The position numbers and the translations under genes were made by a program. Positions 9,090 to 19,222 of a stretch of 64,000 nt of DNA are shown piece by piece. The notes beneath the pieces are model-generated. The model saw nothing but the letters and a program-made list of their open reading frames with translations. It ran no database searches and was not told the origin of the DNA. Every line of letters begins with the position of its first letter. Positions within the stretch are counted from its first letter, which is position 1. This DNA is from an uncultured Myxococcales bacterium (lineage in GTDB: Bacteria > Myxococcota_A > UBA9042 > CAIXZC01), in the NCBI GenBank assembly GCA_964593355.1, contig CAZQHM010000014.1:1269-65268 (forward strand), given 5' to 3'.

Positions 9090-11228
9090 ATGAGAACAAT
9101 GGTCAGGACGGGTGCGCCTTGGAAGATGCGGCCTCTCAACGCCGCTGCTACCATCCCGGAAACCAGCGACACCGGTCAGCTCAACGGTCAGTGGCATGCT
9201 CCCCACAAGTTTGCTGCCTGGCTCGCACGCAGGCTCAGAGACAGAGGACTGGGAATCGATGTCTCCGTTGGCTTCAGGCCCGATGGGGTCCTGGTGCTGC
9301 TCTACAACTTCCGGGGTACCCGGATTCCCCTCTTCCTCACCGTGGGTCGCTTCCACGAGGGCCTGGCCAGTACTTCGTCGGGAAGCCTCATCCTTCCTGC
9401 TTCCGTTGACCCCAAGGTAGCCAAAGTCCTTGTGTCACACACACAGACCATCTTCCACGACCTCTTTGGTGACAAGCCCGCTCAGTGGCTCAGCAAGCTC
9501 CCCATGGACGAACTTGAACTGCTCTGGGGCCCGGAATTCTTGAGCGAGTTCTGTGAGGATCTGCTGGCGCCAGGAGTAACCCACTGGGGAGCCACCATGC
9601 TCCTCGAGGATAGCTTCGACGCAGACACAGTGCACCTCTACTTCGGGGGAGAGTGGAACTTCAGACTCTCCCTGGGCCTCACCCCACCAGCCGACCCTGC
9701 CCTGCTCATGGGCCGCTACGGCATCCTCTACCTCTGCGCCCAAGAGCCCCAGTGGACCAGAAACCCCCTGGCGAACTATGTGGGATATGTCTTCTCGCTT
9801 CGAGTTCCAGGAGATGCCTTCTTCTTTCGAAAAGATCCCTACGAAAAAGATAAACGCCAGTTTAGAGGCTTCACACCATTTGAAGACGATTTCATGATGG
9901 GATATTTTCTGGCCATGGAATTCGAGATAGCAACTATTACATATTCTATGGGAAACGTTGCGATAGTTACCAATGGTGAGCGTGAATGCGCCACATGCTT
10001 CCGAACCATGCTGGGACCCACGGAAGAGTACACCGCCGACCTCTGGCACAGCCCCGCTCGCCGAGGCGGCCTGCGGCAGTACCAGTTCGTGGACTACTCC
10101 AGCGCCGATGTGGCCTCGGGTGACTCCACCCAGGGCGTCACGAGACTGCTTCGTGATGTCATTGCCCAGAAGCCCGACGTGGTCTTCCTGGTTAACCCCT
10201 GCTCCGGGGTCATCATGGGAGATAGCTGCGAGGCCATTCTCCGAGAGTCCTTCGGTCCCGACGGCCCACCGGTGCTGACTCTGGCCATGGACATTCCCCT
10301 GGAGGAGAACGTCGAAGGCCGGGCCTCACTTTGGGAGAAGATCTTCATCTCCAGCAAGGCCCGAAACAGCTCCCCACTGCCCGGCGTCGTCACCCTTGTG
10401 GGGTACGGCACCCAGCACACCCCGGCGGTGCAAGAACTGCCGGAATTACTAACCATTGCAGGCTGTTCGGAGCACCAGTTCCTGGTGCCCTACTTCGACG
10501 CCGACCGAATCAAGTCCTGCGCAGCGGCAGAACTCACCCTGGCATACCCAAGCAAGCTCATCCACGATTCGGCCTATCTCGCCCTTCGTCACTGCATCGG
10601 AGAGGTGGCCCACTTGGCTCCCCCCTGGGGAATCTCAGCCACAGACCGCTGGCTGAGCGCCATCCGCTCAAAGCTCACGACGCCCGATGCTATACCTCCC
10701 CTGGACTTGGATGAACTCCACCGACGCTTCATACCCAAGGAGTGGGATGCCCTCAGAGGTCGTGCAACGAAACACAGGGTGGGCATCCCCATGTCCATGT
10801 CCTTCATGATCAGCCCCGACTCGCACCTGCGCCACGGTGTGAACCTTGTCGAACTCCTCACCGAGATGGGCTTCGGTGTCGACCTCATTCTGCTGCCACC
10901 CAAGGGACGAGCACCCACCCCGGTGCCAACCGCCACCAAGGAACGCTGGGCCGTGGATGAGTCTGGCGCCGACACCGTTCGAGTCATCTTTGGCCAAGAG
11001 GGGCAGTCCGTGGGTGACCTTCTGCTCAGTTCCCCGGCCCGCCTGGTCTACTCGGAAGTTAAGGGCGACGAGCGGCTGCTGGCCGCCGGCAAGCAGAGCT
11101 TCTCCAACGAAGACCTGGCCATGGGATACGCCGGTGCCCTTCGCAACCTCAAACGACTGCTTGGCCTCTGCGAAACACCCTTCAACGGACTCTGGGACAG
11201 AGTCTTCCTGGGGGAGGGACGTCCATGA
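9090..11228 (+). CDS. Nitrogenase component 1-like oxidoreductase subunit with N-terminal extension
   Basis: C-terminal ~430 aa shows component-1 fold motifs (TNGERECATC, VNPCSGVIMGD, PPWGISATDRWLSAI, AMGYAGALRNL). Start codon uncertain. Confidence 0.65.
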   Translation: MRTMVRTGAPWKMRPLNAAATIPETSDTGQLNGQWHAPHKFAAWLARRLRDRGLGIDVSVGFRPDGVLVLLYNFRGTRIPLFLTVGRFHEGLASTSSGSLILPASVDPKVAKVLVSHTQTIFHDLFGDKPAQWLSKLPMDELELLWGPEFLSEFCEDLLAPGVTHWGATMLLEDSFDADTVHLYFGGEWNFRLSLGLTPPADPALLMGRYGILYLCAQEPQWTRNPLANYVGYVFSLRVPGDAFFFRKDPYEKDKRQFRGFTPFEDDFMMGYFLAMEFEIATITYSMGNVAIVTNGERECATCFRTMLGPTEEYTADLWHSPARRGGLRQYQFVDYSSADVASGDSTQGVTRLLRDVIAQKPDVVFLVNPCSGVIMGDSCEAILRESFGPDGPPVLTLAMDIPLEENVEGRASLWEKIFISSKARNSSPLPGVVTLVGYGTQHTPAVQELPELLTIAGCSEHQFLVPYFDADRIKSCAAAELTLAYPSKLIHDSAYLALRHCIGEVAHLAPPWGISATDRWLSAIRSKLTTPDAIPPLDLDELHRRFIPKEWDALRGRATKHRVGIPMSMSFMISPDSHLRHGVNLVELLTEMGFGVDLILLPPKGRAPTPVPTATKERWAVDESGADTVRVIFGQEGQSVGDLLLSSPARLVYSEVKGDERLLAAGKQSFSNEDLAMGYAGALRNLKRLLGLCETPFNGLWDRVFLGEGRP

Positions 11229-12529
11229 GCCACTCCATGCCCACCACCTCCACCTATCTCGACGGCGTCATCCTCGTGGTGAACGTGGTGCCAGACCTCG
11301 CCATCGTCATCGACAGCCCCGGATGCGGCCTCGAAAGAACCGACAAGATTGGCCTGCGCCATGATGTCTACTCCACAGTGACTCTGCCCGGCATGAACGC
11401 ACGACTCATCAACTCCATGGTGCGCTTCCCCGACATTACCCTGGGCACCGAGCCCAAAGTTGTCGCCGCAGCAAAAGAGATAAATACTAATAATAACCCT
11501 TCGGCAATAATGGTGACCGCTAACAGCACTATCGAACTGACCGGCGAGTACCACGAAATGACCTGCCGTCGCCTCTCCGCCGAGTTTGGGAAACCCGTCT
11601 TCTCGTTTCCCTCACGCTCCATCTCCGGTGACTTCCTTGACGGCATCAGCGATGCGCTCAAGGCCGTGGCCGGCCACGTGCCCCTGTCGCCAGCCCCCAT
11701 CCCCGGAAACGTGGCCATAGTCGGTGCCCCTTTCGAGCGCAACGAGATGGATTGCCACGCCAACCTCAACGAACTCAAACGCATGCTCGCAGGCCTGGGA
11801 CTCACCACCTGCGCCACTCTGCCATCGGGCGTCCCCTTCAACGACTACCGTCTCCTCTCCTCCGCAGAACTGGTCATCGGCCTCCCCTACGGACACGAAG
11901 CGGCCGCAGAACTGGCCCAGCGGCTTGCCGTGCCCATGCTGCCTCTGGAACTGCCCGTCGGGATGTCAGGCAGCGCTCACTGGTTGAGGAAGGTGGCTGA
12001 GGCAACGGGCCGGCACGAGGAGGCAGAGAGGTTCATCCAGGCCGAGCTGCAGGATCTGCTGCGCCGGGTGCAGCGCGTGGTTCGAACCATGTTCTTCGGA
12101 AAACGCCTCCTCCTGGCCCTGGACCCCTACCTTGCCAGAGCCCTCGTCCCAGCCCTGGCGGAACTTGGCTTTGAAGTGGTCGACCTCATGTTGCGAACCC
12201 GCGCAGCGTGGCGAGTAACAGAAACCAGCTCCATGTTTGAATCCGCCGGCCTCCGCTTCCCCATCTCCTTCGATACCCGTCTGCCCGAGCTCAACCAGAC
12301 CTGGAGCTCGGCCATTGCGTCGGGAGTGGACCTCATCATCGCCACAACCCTGGAGCGGGCAGCATTGGAGGATGGCAGTGTGGCCTACCTGGAGATGGGT
12401 TTTCCATCATACCTGCGCCATGCCCTATTCGACGCACCTTGGCTGGGATTCAGAGGGATGTTGTGGTTGTGTGACAGAATGTATAATACGATGTCTGAAA
12501 ACAAGTATATTGTGAATGCGAAAACCTAG
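11225..12529 (+). CDS. Nitrogenase component 1-like oxidoreductase subunit (NifE/N/K, BchB, CfbD superfamily)
   Basis: DSPGC, ITLGTE, VAIVG...ERNEMD...NELKRMLAGLGL, PVGMSGSAHWLRKVA, MGFPSY, PWLGFRG. ATGA overlap with the upstream gene. Confidence 0.8.
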   Translation: MSHSMPTTSTYLDGVILVVNVVPDLAIVIDSPGCGLERTDKIGLRHDVYSTVTLPGMNARLINSMVRFPDITLGTEPKVVAAAKEINTNNNPSAIMVTANSTIELTGEYHEMTCRRLSAEFGKPVFSFPSRSISGDFLDGISDALKAVAGHVPLSPAPIPGNVAIVGAPFERNEMDCHANLNELKRMLAGLGLTTCATLPSGVPFNDYRLLSSAELVIGLPYGHEAAAELAQRLAVPMLPLELPVGMSGSAHWLRKVAEATGRHEEAERFIQAELQDLLRRVQRVVRTMFFGKRLLLALDPYLARALVPALAELGFEVVDLMLRTRAAWRVTETSSMFESAGLRFPISFDTRLPELNQTWSSAIASGVDLIIATTLERAALEDGSVAYLEMGFPSYLRHALFDAPWLGFRGMLWLCDRMYNTMSENKYIVNAKT

Positions 12530-12561
12530 TACGGTGGACCAATTTCGCCGCGGCTGGGGTT

Positions 12562-14046
12562 TTAGAGATCCATCCTCAAATTTACCCCGCCTTGCAGAAG
12601 AGGGTAGGGAAGGGAGCTGTCGGGGACGAAGGGGATCTCCTCCATGCCGAACCGGAACTCGCCACCCTTGGTTCCCCAGTTCCCCGAGAGGTATGCTTCC
12701 AGCTTGACCCAGGTCAAAATGTCCGTGCGCATGTCGAACCGAGTGAGCCCCGAGCCATCACTCAAATTGCCGATGTTACTCAGGGTAAACGAAGTGTTAT
12801 TCCAGTTGCCAGGCATTGGTAATAATATGTATAGTGCAGCATAGTGACGTCCAAGATAGAAGGGGGAGGCCGAGCCCGTGGCGATGGCCTCCAGGTAGCC
12901 GCTCTTATGTTCAAGGCCATTGCGATTATAAAAATACTCTGCCCCAAACACGATGTACTCGGACGCATCATATTTCAGAGTGTATGACGCTCCGAGAGTG
13001 GCTTGTACCAGCGCATCCCAGCCGTTAGTCTTGAAGAGTTCTCTCCTCAGTGAGCCTTCGTCTTGCAAGAAGGTCAGTGCTGCCTCGGCGGTGAGGTCCA
13101 GGTCCCATACCCCCGCCGAGAGGTCCAGGCCAAGCTGATACTCCCTGTGGCGGTCGGCGCTTGTGCCGGCCAGAAGCTGGGGCAGGGTCAGGGGGTCGCT
13201 TCGCTCGGTTAGCACCCCGCTGAGTCCCACTTCCGCCGTGCCCAAAGGCTTCTCCAGCCGCAGCGCTGCCCCAAGCTCGTCCCAGCGGCCATCGCCCTGA
13301 AGCATCAGCAGCCCGATAGCGTTGAGTCCCAGGGGCTCAATGGGCAGGTGGGCCTTGACCATGGGCACTCCCGTTCGCTCGTCGAAGAAGGCCAGTGGGT
13401 CTTTCTTTGATGCGTTGATACCGTCCACGGGGTTCCAGAGCCTGCTGGTGCCCCAGCGAACGGGCTGTTTACCCACGGTGAGGAACATCCAGCGGCCGAC
13501 ATCGAAGTGGACGAAGAGTTGGTCCAGCAGCGCCCGGGTCTCTTCGGCCTCAGGGGTAACACCGGGCACCATGGTGGAGGAGAGTGGCGTGTAGACCAGC
13601 CGGCCACGGGCATAGGCCCTGGTTCGGTCGTTGGGGCGTGCATCAAGGAAGAGGTCCAGCAGGTTGGGCGAGGCCACCACGGGCCCTCGCTCCTCTTGTG
13701 CCTGACTGGCCGATAGGCGGAGGTAGACCATTCCGCCTATCTGCAGCTTCTCTGTGGTCAACTCCGAGAGCAGCCTGCCCGTCAGGTCTGCGCTCTCTTG
13801 CCCCGACCCCTCACCAAGCAGCAGGTCATCAAGAGACTTATCACCTTCGGGCTGAGAGGGCTGAGCGGGCTGCGTGGGTGGAGAATCATCCGTGGTGTCA
13901 TCACCGAAGAACTCCTCGTCCCGTGGGTCATCAAGAAGCCCCGCTTCACTGCCCCGAGCGCCATCCACACCGACCAGATTAGTCAGCAGCAGGAGCCCAA
14001 GGAGCCACCCTATCTGCGGCCTTGGCACTTCATTGGGTTGGGTCAT
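12562..14046 (-). CDS. Putative outer-membrane beta-barrel protein
   Basis: Signal peptide-like N-terminus, acidic linker, alternating amphipathic strands, GKQPVRWG motif. Start at 14046 overlaps the upstream stop (ATGA). Confidence 0.7.
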   Translation of the reverse strand: MTQPNEVPRPQIGWLLGLLLLTNLVGVDGARGSEAGLLDDPRDEEFFGDDTTDDSPPTQPAQPSQPEGDKSLDDLLLGEGSGQESADLTGRLLSELTTEKLQIGGMVYLRLSASQAQEERGPVVASPNLLDLFLDARPNDRTRAYARGRLVYTPLSSTMVPGVTPEAEETRALLDQLFVHFDVGRWMFLTVGKQPVRWGTSRLWNPVDGINASKKDPLAFFDERTGVPMVKAHLPIEPLGLNAIGLLMLQGDGRWDELGAALRLEKPLGTAEVGLSGVLTERSDPLTLPQLLAGTSADRHREYQLGLDLSAGVWDLDLTAEAALTFLQDEGSLRRELFKTNGWDALVQATLGASYTLKYDASEYIVFGAEYFYNRNGLEHKSGYLEAIATGSASPFYLGRHYAALYILLPMPGNWNNTSFTLSNIGNLSDGSGLTRFDMRTDILTWVKLEAYLSGNWGTKGGEFRFGMEEIPFVPDSSLPYPLLQGGVNLRMDL

Positions 14047-14828
14047 CGACTCTGCCCCTCCAGCCATGCCTTGGTGAATATGTTGGCCGGAAGCGGCCGC
14101 AGGTCCACGGACTGAATGACAATGGTCGTGGTGTTGCCCTTCTCCACCTCGTCGAAGATGCGGACCTCTGAAGGGTACCATACGTCGGCCTTCTTGGATT
14201 CGGAGTAGACCTTCTTCCACTTGGGAGTGTAGGTCGTTCGCATGAGTTTCCCCGAGAGGGCGAACTCCTGCCTCTTTAGAATGTTTGCCGTATCGCCATC
14301 CACCCAGAGCTCCTGCACCGGATAGGCCACGTCCACTTCGGCTTTGGCAGTGAGCTTGATTCGGTGCGCCTTGAACTTGCCAAGCTTCTCTTGGCCCACG
14401 TACTCGGCGGTGAACTCCTCGGCCAGCCTCGACTCGTCGAAGTCGGCACGCCTGGAGTCGGTGCCCGCTATTCGCTCCCGCTCCGTACGCCGCTCCCAGC
14501 GCCCCACCGACGGGTCGTAGAGCCAGAGGTTTCTGTCGATGCGCAAATAGCCCTTTCCACGCTCTGCCTTGGGGTTGAGGAAGAGCAGCATGAACTTGTC
14601 GTCTTTGTCCCGGCGATATACTACCGCCTCAAGAACCACGTCGTCACGCCCCTTCTCTTTGTTCTGCACCAGCACAAGGTTCTTGAAGTCCCCCGAGTTT
14701 CGCTGGCGCTCGTCAATGGTCTCCAACAATTTCTTCACCCCGGCATCGTCCAGGGCTTGCGCTCTAACAACACCCGGTATCATCAACAGCGCTACAAAGG
14801 CAGCTATGAACAACTGGTTTCTCAACAT
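14043..14828 (-). CDS. Outer-membrane lipoprotein-sorting (LolA-like) protein
   Basis: Signal peptide; KGYLRIDRNLWLYDP, IAGTDSRRADF, DLRPLPANIFTKAWL typical of the LolA-like family. Confidence 0.85.
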   Translation of the reverse strand: MLRNQLFIAAFVALLMIPGVVRAQALDDAGVKKLLETIDERQRNSGDFKNLVLVQNKEKGRDDVVLEAVVYRRDKDDKFMLLFLNPKAERGKGYLRIDRNLWLYDPSVGRWERRTERERIAGTDSRRADFDESRLAEEFTAEYVGQEKLGKFKAHRIKLTAKAEVDVAYPVQELWVDGDTANILKRQEFALSGKLMRTTYTPKWKKVYSESKKADVWYPSEVRIFDEVEKGNTTTIVIQSVDLRPLPANIFTKAWLEGQSR

Positions 14829-14900
14829 GTAACCTCCTGTCAGGCCGCCTGACTATCCCGCCACTTGGATGTTGCTCATGCCAAGTGGGCAAAGTCCGAC

Positions 14901-16202
14901 TCAACCCACCTGGTGTATCGCAGTCACGGGCTTGAGCCTCGTCGCCCGCCACGCCGGGAACAACGACGCCAGCATGGCAAACCCCGGAACGATTAACATA
15001 GCATTCAGCACCACCCTGGGGTCCATGACCAACCTGAGCGTGTCCGTCATCAGGAAGAGCTGGAAACCAGGCGAGACCGGAATCTCCAGAGCGTTTATCA
15101 GGGCCGCCAGAGCTGTGCCTAGCCCCACCCCCAGGAGTGTGGCCGATACCGACAACACACCAACCTCAATCACAAAGGCTATCAGAACCCGCCCCTTGCC
15201 CATGCCGATGGAGCGCAAGGTGCCGATCTCTTTGGTCCTGTCTCTAATGGCTATCCAGAGCGTGTTCATAACGCCCACCAGGATTATCACCAGCAACACC
15301 ATCACAAGCATGCCCGAGACCGTGGAGAAGGTCTTCAGCACCCACTGCATGGCCAGCAGCTCATCCACCCAAGTGGTCAAGTCCAATCGCTGACCGGTCC
15401 AGTCTTCCCCCGCCGCCAACTGAAACTTGCCCCAGAAAGGCCCCGGGTGATGCTCCATCAACTCATGCCCGTAGTCAGGCAGCATGGTCCTCAGACGCGA
15501 CTCAACCTCTGCGGACTTTTCCGGATCATCCAGGTACACGTATATAACACCTGTTGTGTCTTCAGTATAGAGGTTCAGTTCACGCATGGTGTCCGCCGAA
15601 GCAAGGCACGACATGGTGGACAAGATCCCCAGATCTTTAAGGATTACCCGCACCGTGACATCCACAGAGTTGAACTGCCCCCGCACCGTAGGGGCCGAAA
15701 GCGTCACAGCGTCGCCCACGGATACCCCCAGGCGCTTGGCTTGCGCAGCGTAGAGCGCCATGCTGCGAGGCTGCGCCAGGTCCATCAGGTTCCCCTCAGC
15801 CTCCCGCAGAACCTCCCGCAGACCGGGCTCAGACTCGATGGCTACCCCAACCACCGCCGCCTGAATGGAGTCACGCTCGGAGACTATCTTGGCCATTCCA
15901 CGGAGGCGGTCAGAGAACCTCACCGCCTCAGGCACAAGCTCCTCTATCTGCCCAAGAACCTTCTCACGCTCAAGCAGCAGAGGGGCAACACGACCGCTGG
16001 AAACTTTGTAGAAGCCCGTGACGTTCACGTGCCCGGATAGCAGCGCCGTCCCCGCACGCATCATCGTCGACTCTATCCCAGCACCAACCGCTCCAAGCAG
16101 AACCAGCAGAATCGTCACAAGCGCCATGGCCCCGCCCAGCAGCAACGAACGCCGACGGTGCTGGATAAGATTCCTGACCGCTATCAGCATCAGTCTTCCC
16201 AT
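14901..16202 (-). CDS. ABC transporter permease, FtsX/LolE/MacB family
   Basis: N-terminal TM, periplasmic domain, RTKEIGTLRSIG motif, C-terminal TMs ending PAWRATRLKPVTAI. Start trimmed to 16202. Confidence 0.9.
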   Translation of the reverse strand: MGRLMLIAVRNLIQHRRRSLLLGGAMALVTILLVLLGAVGAGIESTMMRAGTALLSGHVNVTGFYKVSSGRVAPLLLEREKVLGQIEELVPEAVRFSDRLRGMAKIVSERDSIQAAVVGVAIESEPGLREVLREAEGNLMDLAQPRSMALYAAQAKRLGVSVGDAVTLSAPTVRGQFNSVDVTVRVILKDLGILSTMSCLASADTMRELNLYTEDTTGVIYVYLDDPEKSAEVESRLRTMLPDYGHELMEHHPGPFWGKFQLAAGEDWTGQRLDLTTWVDELLAMQWVLKTFSTVSGMLVMVLLVIILVGVMNTLWIAIRDRTKEIGTLRSIGMGKGRVLIAFVIEVGVLSVSATLLGVGLGTALAALINALEIPVSPGFQLFLMTDTLRLVMDPRVVLNAMLIVPGFAMLASLFPAWRATRLKPVTAIHQVG

Positions 16203-16203
16203 C

Positions 16204-18312
16204 TCAGTCCTCCCTCTCCATGGCACGAACCGGCGCAATCTGGCTTGCCAGACGGGCAGGATAGAGTGTAGATGCCACAGTGGCAGTTACCACAACCCCC
16301 AAAGCAATAAGCATCTGCTCCGGAAGCAGAGTTGGATAGAGTCTGGGGCCGCCGAACAAGAAGTACAACTCGCTGTTGAAGGCCGGAATCCCCGAAGAGC
16401 CGGCCCAGAGCATCAACCCCGCACCTAGCATCATCCCCAGCAGCCCAAACCCGAGGCCCAAAGTGGAAGACTCAACCAGAAACATCTTCAAAACGTAGCC
16501 ACGGCTGGCACCCATCGCCCTCAAAGTGCCAATCTCCCTGGTCCGCTCCATGGTGGCCATTACCATAGTGTTGTTTATTATCACAAGGGCAACTAAGAAT
16601 ATTATCAGTACCGACGCCACCAGCACCGCCCACAACACCCCAAGGAACTGACCCACAAGGCCGCTGGCATCGCGCCAGCCAACCGCCTGAACGCCCAGCC
16701 CCTCACTCTCAGAGAGCGAGCGCAGCTCAGCAAGAGTCTCCTCCAGCTTCGAGGCGTCCCTCAGAACCACAGCCGCATGAACCACAATGCCCCTGTCAAG
16801 CTCCTCCCGAGAGTACTCAGTCTCCAACAACTCCTGGGTGTATCGCTGGCCCCCACTGCTCATATCCACGTGGGCGAATTCGTCGAAGCCGGCCCCCTCG
16901 GCAGAAGCCCCCTCCTCAGGTTCCCCCTCCTCAGGTTCCCCCTCCTGCGGGTCACCCCCAAACAGCGCATCCTCGGCCTCGTCCCTCGTTACCTCCACTA
17001 TCCCCGCCTTCTCCACCAGCGCTGCCAACTCCTCCCTCTGTTCGGGCCCGGTACCACCATAAAGATCCCGGAACGTCATCATGTCCAGCAGGTTGAAGGC
17101 ACCCGCCAACACCGATTTCTCCAGCCCCATAAGTTCGTACGTGCCATACACGGGGACAGCAACCGAAGTCATATATCCGCTCTTGGTGACAGCACGAATT
17201 GTCAGGGTGTCTCCGATCTTGACCTTGTGAAGTACTATCTGAGGGGCAATTACATCATAAAATATCTTGTACCGTTCCGAGAAGTTCGAGTCGTCAACCT
17301 TCAAAAAGGACTGCAGCAAATCCGAAAGCTCACCGTCGGGTTGCCCCAGGTGTTGCGCCAAGACCTCTGCCACCAGCTTCGATGCATCGCCGTCAAGCTG
17401 GAAGAGAATCTCCCGATACTGGCGCACGTTCTGCTTCACGAAGTTGCCAAGCATCATGTCGCTCTCAAGCGAAATACCAGCGTCGAGACCCTCCTTAATG
17501 AAGTCCAGACGGCGGGCGATGGGGTGCTTGACCTGTCTCTCGTATACCTGCTTCGCAAATAGGAACCCACGTTTCCCCGGGGGAACCATTGTCCCGTCAA
17601 CGATACGAAACCGGCTGAAATTCTTAGAAAATGCGTCCAGGTCGGTGCCAAGGTAGCGCAAGAAGATCATGGACTCGTCCAGTGCCAAAGGCGCTATCTT
17701 GTTCTCCAGGAACTCCATGGAGCGCTCCATGGCCTCTTCAAAGCCATCCCAGAAGGTCGTCTGCGATGCCTGCGCAAGAAGCTCTCTGCGGGAGGCCAGC
17801 TCCTGCTGCTGCGTAGAGTCCGACTTGAAAGCCTCCAGGGCATCGGTTTCGGTCTCCATGGTCTCGACCACGTGTCGAATCTGCTCCTTCAGCAGGCCAA
17901 TTCGCCGCTGCTCTCCAGCGGCCTGGGCCTGCCTCAGCTCGGCCAGCTTCGCATCCAGGAAGTTCCCTGCGAAGACCACGGCGAAGTCATTAGCCATGGG
18001 GATAACAGCGTGGACATTGGGATGCGATTCTAGTGCTTTTCGGACCTTGGGGAACTCCTCGATGGTCCGCAGGTCGGGGCTGCCCGTGGGGGGCCCGAAG
18101 AGGTCCAGCTTGTCTCCCGCCTCATCAGAGTAAACCTGAATGTGGCCCGTTACGCTGCCAACCACGCTGCTTGCCATGCTCTGCTCCAACGACGAGAGCA
18201 GGCTGAGGCCCACAACCACAAGGGCAGTGCCCAGCACCGTCAGCACACCGATAATGAGCGTTCGCATCCTGGTGGCCAGGATGTTGCGCAGCGCTATCCT
18301 GAAGAGAATCAT
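16204..18312 (-). CDS. ABC transporter permease, FtsX family, with enlarged periplasmic domain
   Basis: RTREIGTLRAMG, PARLASQIAPVRAM; large helical periplasmic insertion. Confidence 0.88.
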   Translation of the reverse strand: MILFRIALRNILATRMRTLIIGVLTVLGTALVVVGLSLLSSLEQSMASSVVGSVTGHIQVYSDEAGDKLDLFGPPTGSPDLRTIEEFPKVRKALESHPNVHAVIPMANDFAVVFAGNFLDAKLAELRQAQAAGEQRRIGLLKEQIRHVVETMETETDALEAFKSDSTQQQELASRRELLAQASQTTFWDGFEEAMERSMEFLENKIAPLALDESMIFLRYLGTDLDAFSKNFSRFRIVDGTMVPPGKRGFLFAKQVYERQVKHPIARRLDFIKEGLDAGISLESDMMLGNFVKQNVRQYREILFQLDGDASKLVAEVLAQHLGQPDGELSDLLQSFLKVDDSNFSERYKIFYDVIAPQIVLHKVKIGDTLTIRAVTKSGYMTSVAVPVYGTYELMGLEKSVLAGAFNLLDMMTFRDLYGGTGPEQREELAALVEKAGIVEVTRDEAEDALFGGDPQEGEPEEGEPEEGASAEGAGFDEFAHVDMSSGGQRYTQELLETEYSREELDRGIVVHAAVVLRDASKLEETLAELRSLSESEGLGVQAVGWRDASGLVGQFLGVLWAVLVASVLIIFLVALVIINNTMVMATMERTREIGTLRAMGASRGYVLKMFLVESSTLGLGFGLLGMMLGAGLMLWAGSSGIPAFNSELYFLFGGPRLYPTLLPEQMLIALGVVVTATVASTLYPARLASQIAPVRAMERED
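16908..16950. repeat. In-frame 15-bp tandem repeat (about 3 copies) encoding EGEPE-like units
   Basis: ccccctcctcaggtt x2 plus a degenerate third copy; protein reads PQEGEPEEGEPEEG. Confidence 0.75.
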
Positions 18313-19028
18313 TGTTTTGCCTCCACCACCAAACCATCCTCCAGACGGAAGATCTGGCTGGCGTGGGCCATCACCTTGGGGTCGTGGGTAGAGAAGATAA
18401 AGGTTGTGTGCTCCGTGCGATTAATCTCTTTCATCAGGTCGATAATCTGCTCACCTGTCTTAGAATCGAGATTGGCCGTAGGCTCATCGGCGAGGACGAT
18501 GCGTGGGTTGGTAACCAGGGCCCTGGCAATGGCGACCCTCTGCCTTTGCCCCCCGGACAACTCCCCGGGCCTGTGCTTCAAATGGTCGGCCAGCCCAACC
18601 TTCTCCAACATGCGCAGCACCCTCTCCCGCCGCTCCTTCCGGTCAATCTTCCCTTGCAGCAGCAGTGGGAACTCCACGTTGTCGAAGGCGTTGAGCACGC
18701 CAATAAGATTGAACGACTGGAAGATGAAGCCCAGCTTGTGCAGTCGCAGCCGGGTAAGCGCCCGCTCGGACAGCGCCGAGGTGTTCTCCCCGTCCACCAA
18801 CACGGCACCCGATGTTGGAGTATCAACACAACCAACAAGGTTCAGCAGCGTGGTCTTACCGCTTCCCGACGGTCCGGCGATGGCAGCGAACTGGCCAGTA
18901 CCGATGCCGAAGGAAACACCCCGCACGGCCTGAACAATTGTATTGCCTAGGATGTAGTGCTTTTGAACATCTTTAAGCTCGACTATGCTCTCGTTTCGGG
19001 CCTGCAGGCCCTCGGGCGTCAGGGACAT
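18309..19028 (-). CDS. ABC transporter ATP-binding protein (LolD/MacB-like)
   Basis: Walker A GPSGSGKT, signature LSGGQRQR, LADEPTANLD, H-loop FSTHD. Start trimmed to 19028. Confidence 0.95.
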   Translation of the reverse strand: MSLTPEGLQARNESIVELKDVQKHYILGNTIVQAVRGVSFGIGTGQFAAIAGPSGSGKTTLLNLVGCVDTPTSGAVLVDGENTSALSERALTRLRLHKLGFIFQSFNLIGVLNAFDNVEFPLLLQGKIDRKERRERVLRMLEKVGLADHLKHRPGELSGGQRQRVAIARALVTNPRIVLADEPTANLDSKTGEQIIDLMKEINRTEHTTFIFSTHDPKVMAHASQIFRLEDGLVVEAKQ

Positions 19029-19222
19029 GGTCAACCTCTTCAGCGATAAACTGCAACCTTGTGGCGACAGAGTTATTAAGCGTCTATATATAATCGGACA
19101 ATCCCGCCCAGCGCGGCGGTGGCCCATGGGGCCCCCTCCAATCAAGCACAGAAGATAAAGCCTGATGCAACTGGTTTCAAGCAGCGATGAGGCCCGCAGG
19201 TCGCCTATGGCCGGCGCCCCCT

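Noticed and set aside
9090-12529. Nitrogen fixation (nifDK/nifEN)
   Set aside because: No nifH/nifB, incomplete P-cluster Cys set, and no recognisable FeMo-co ligand motifs.
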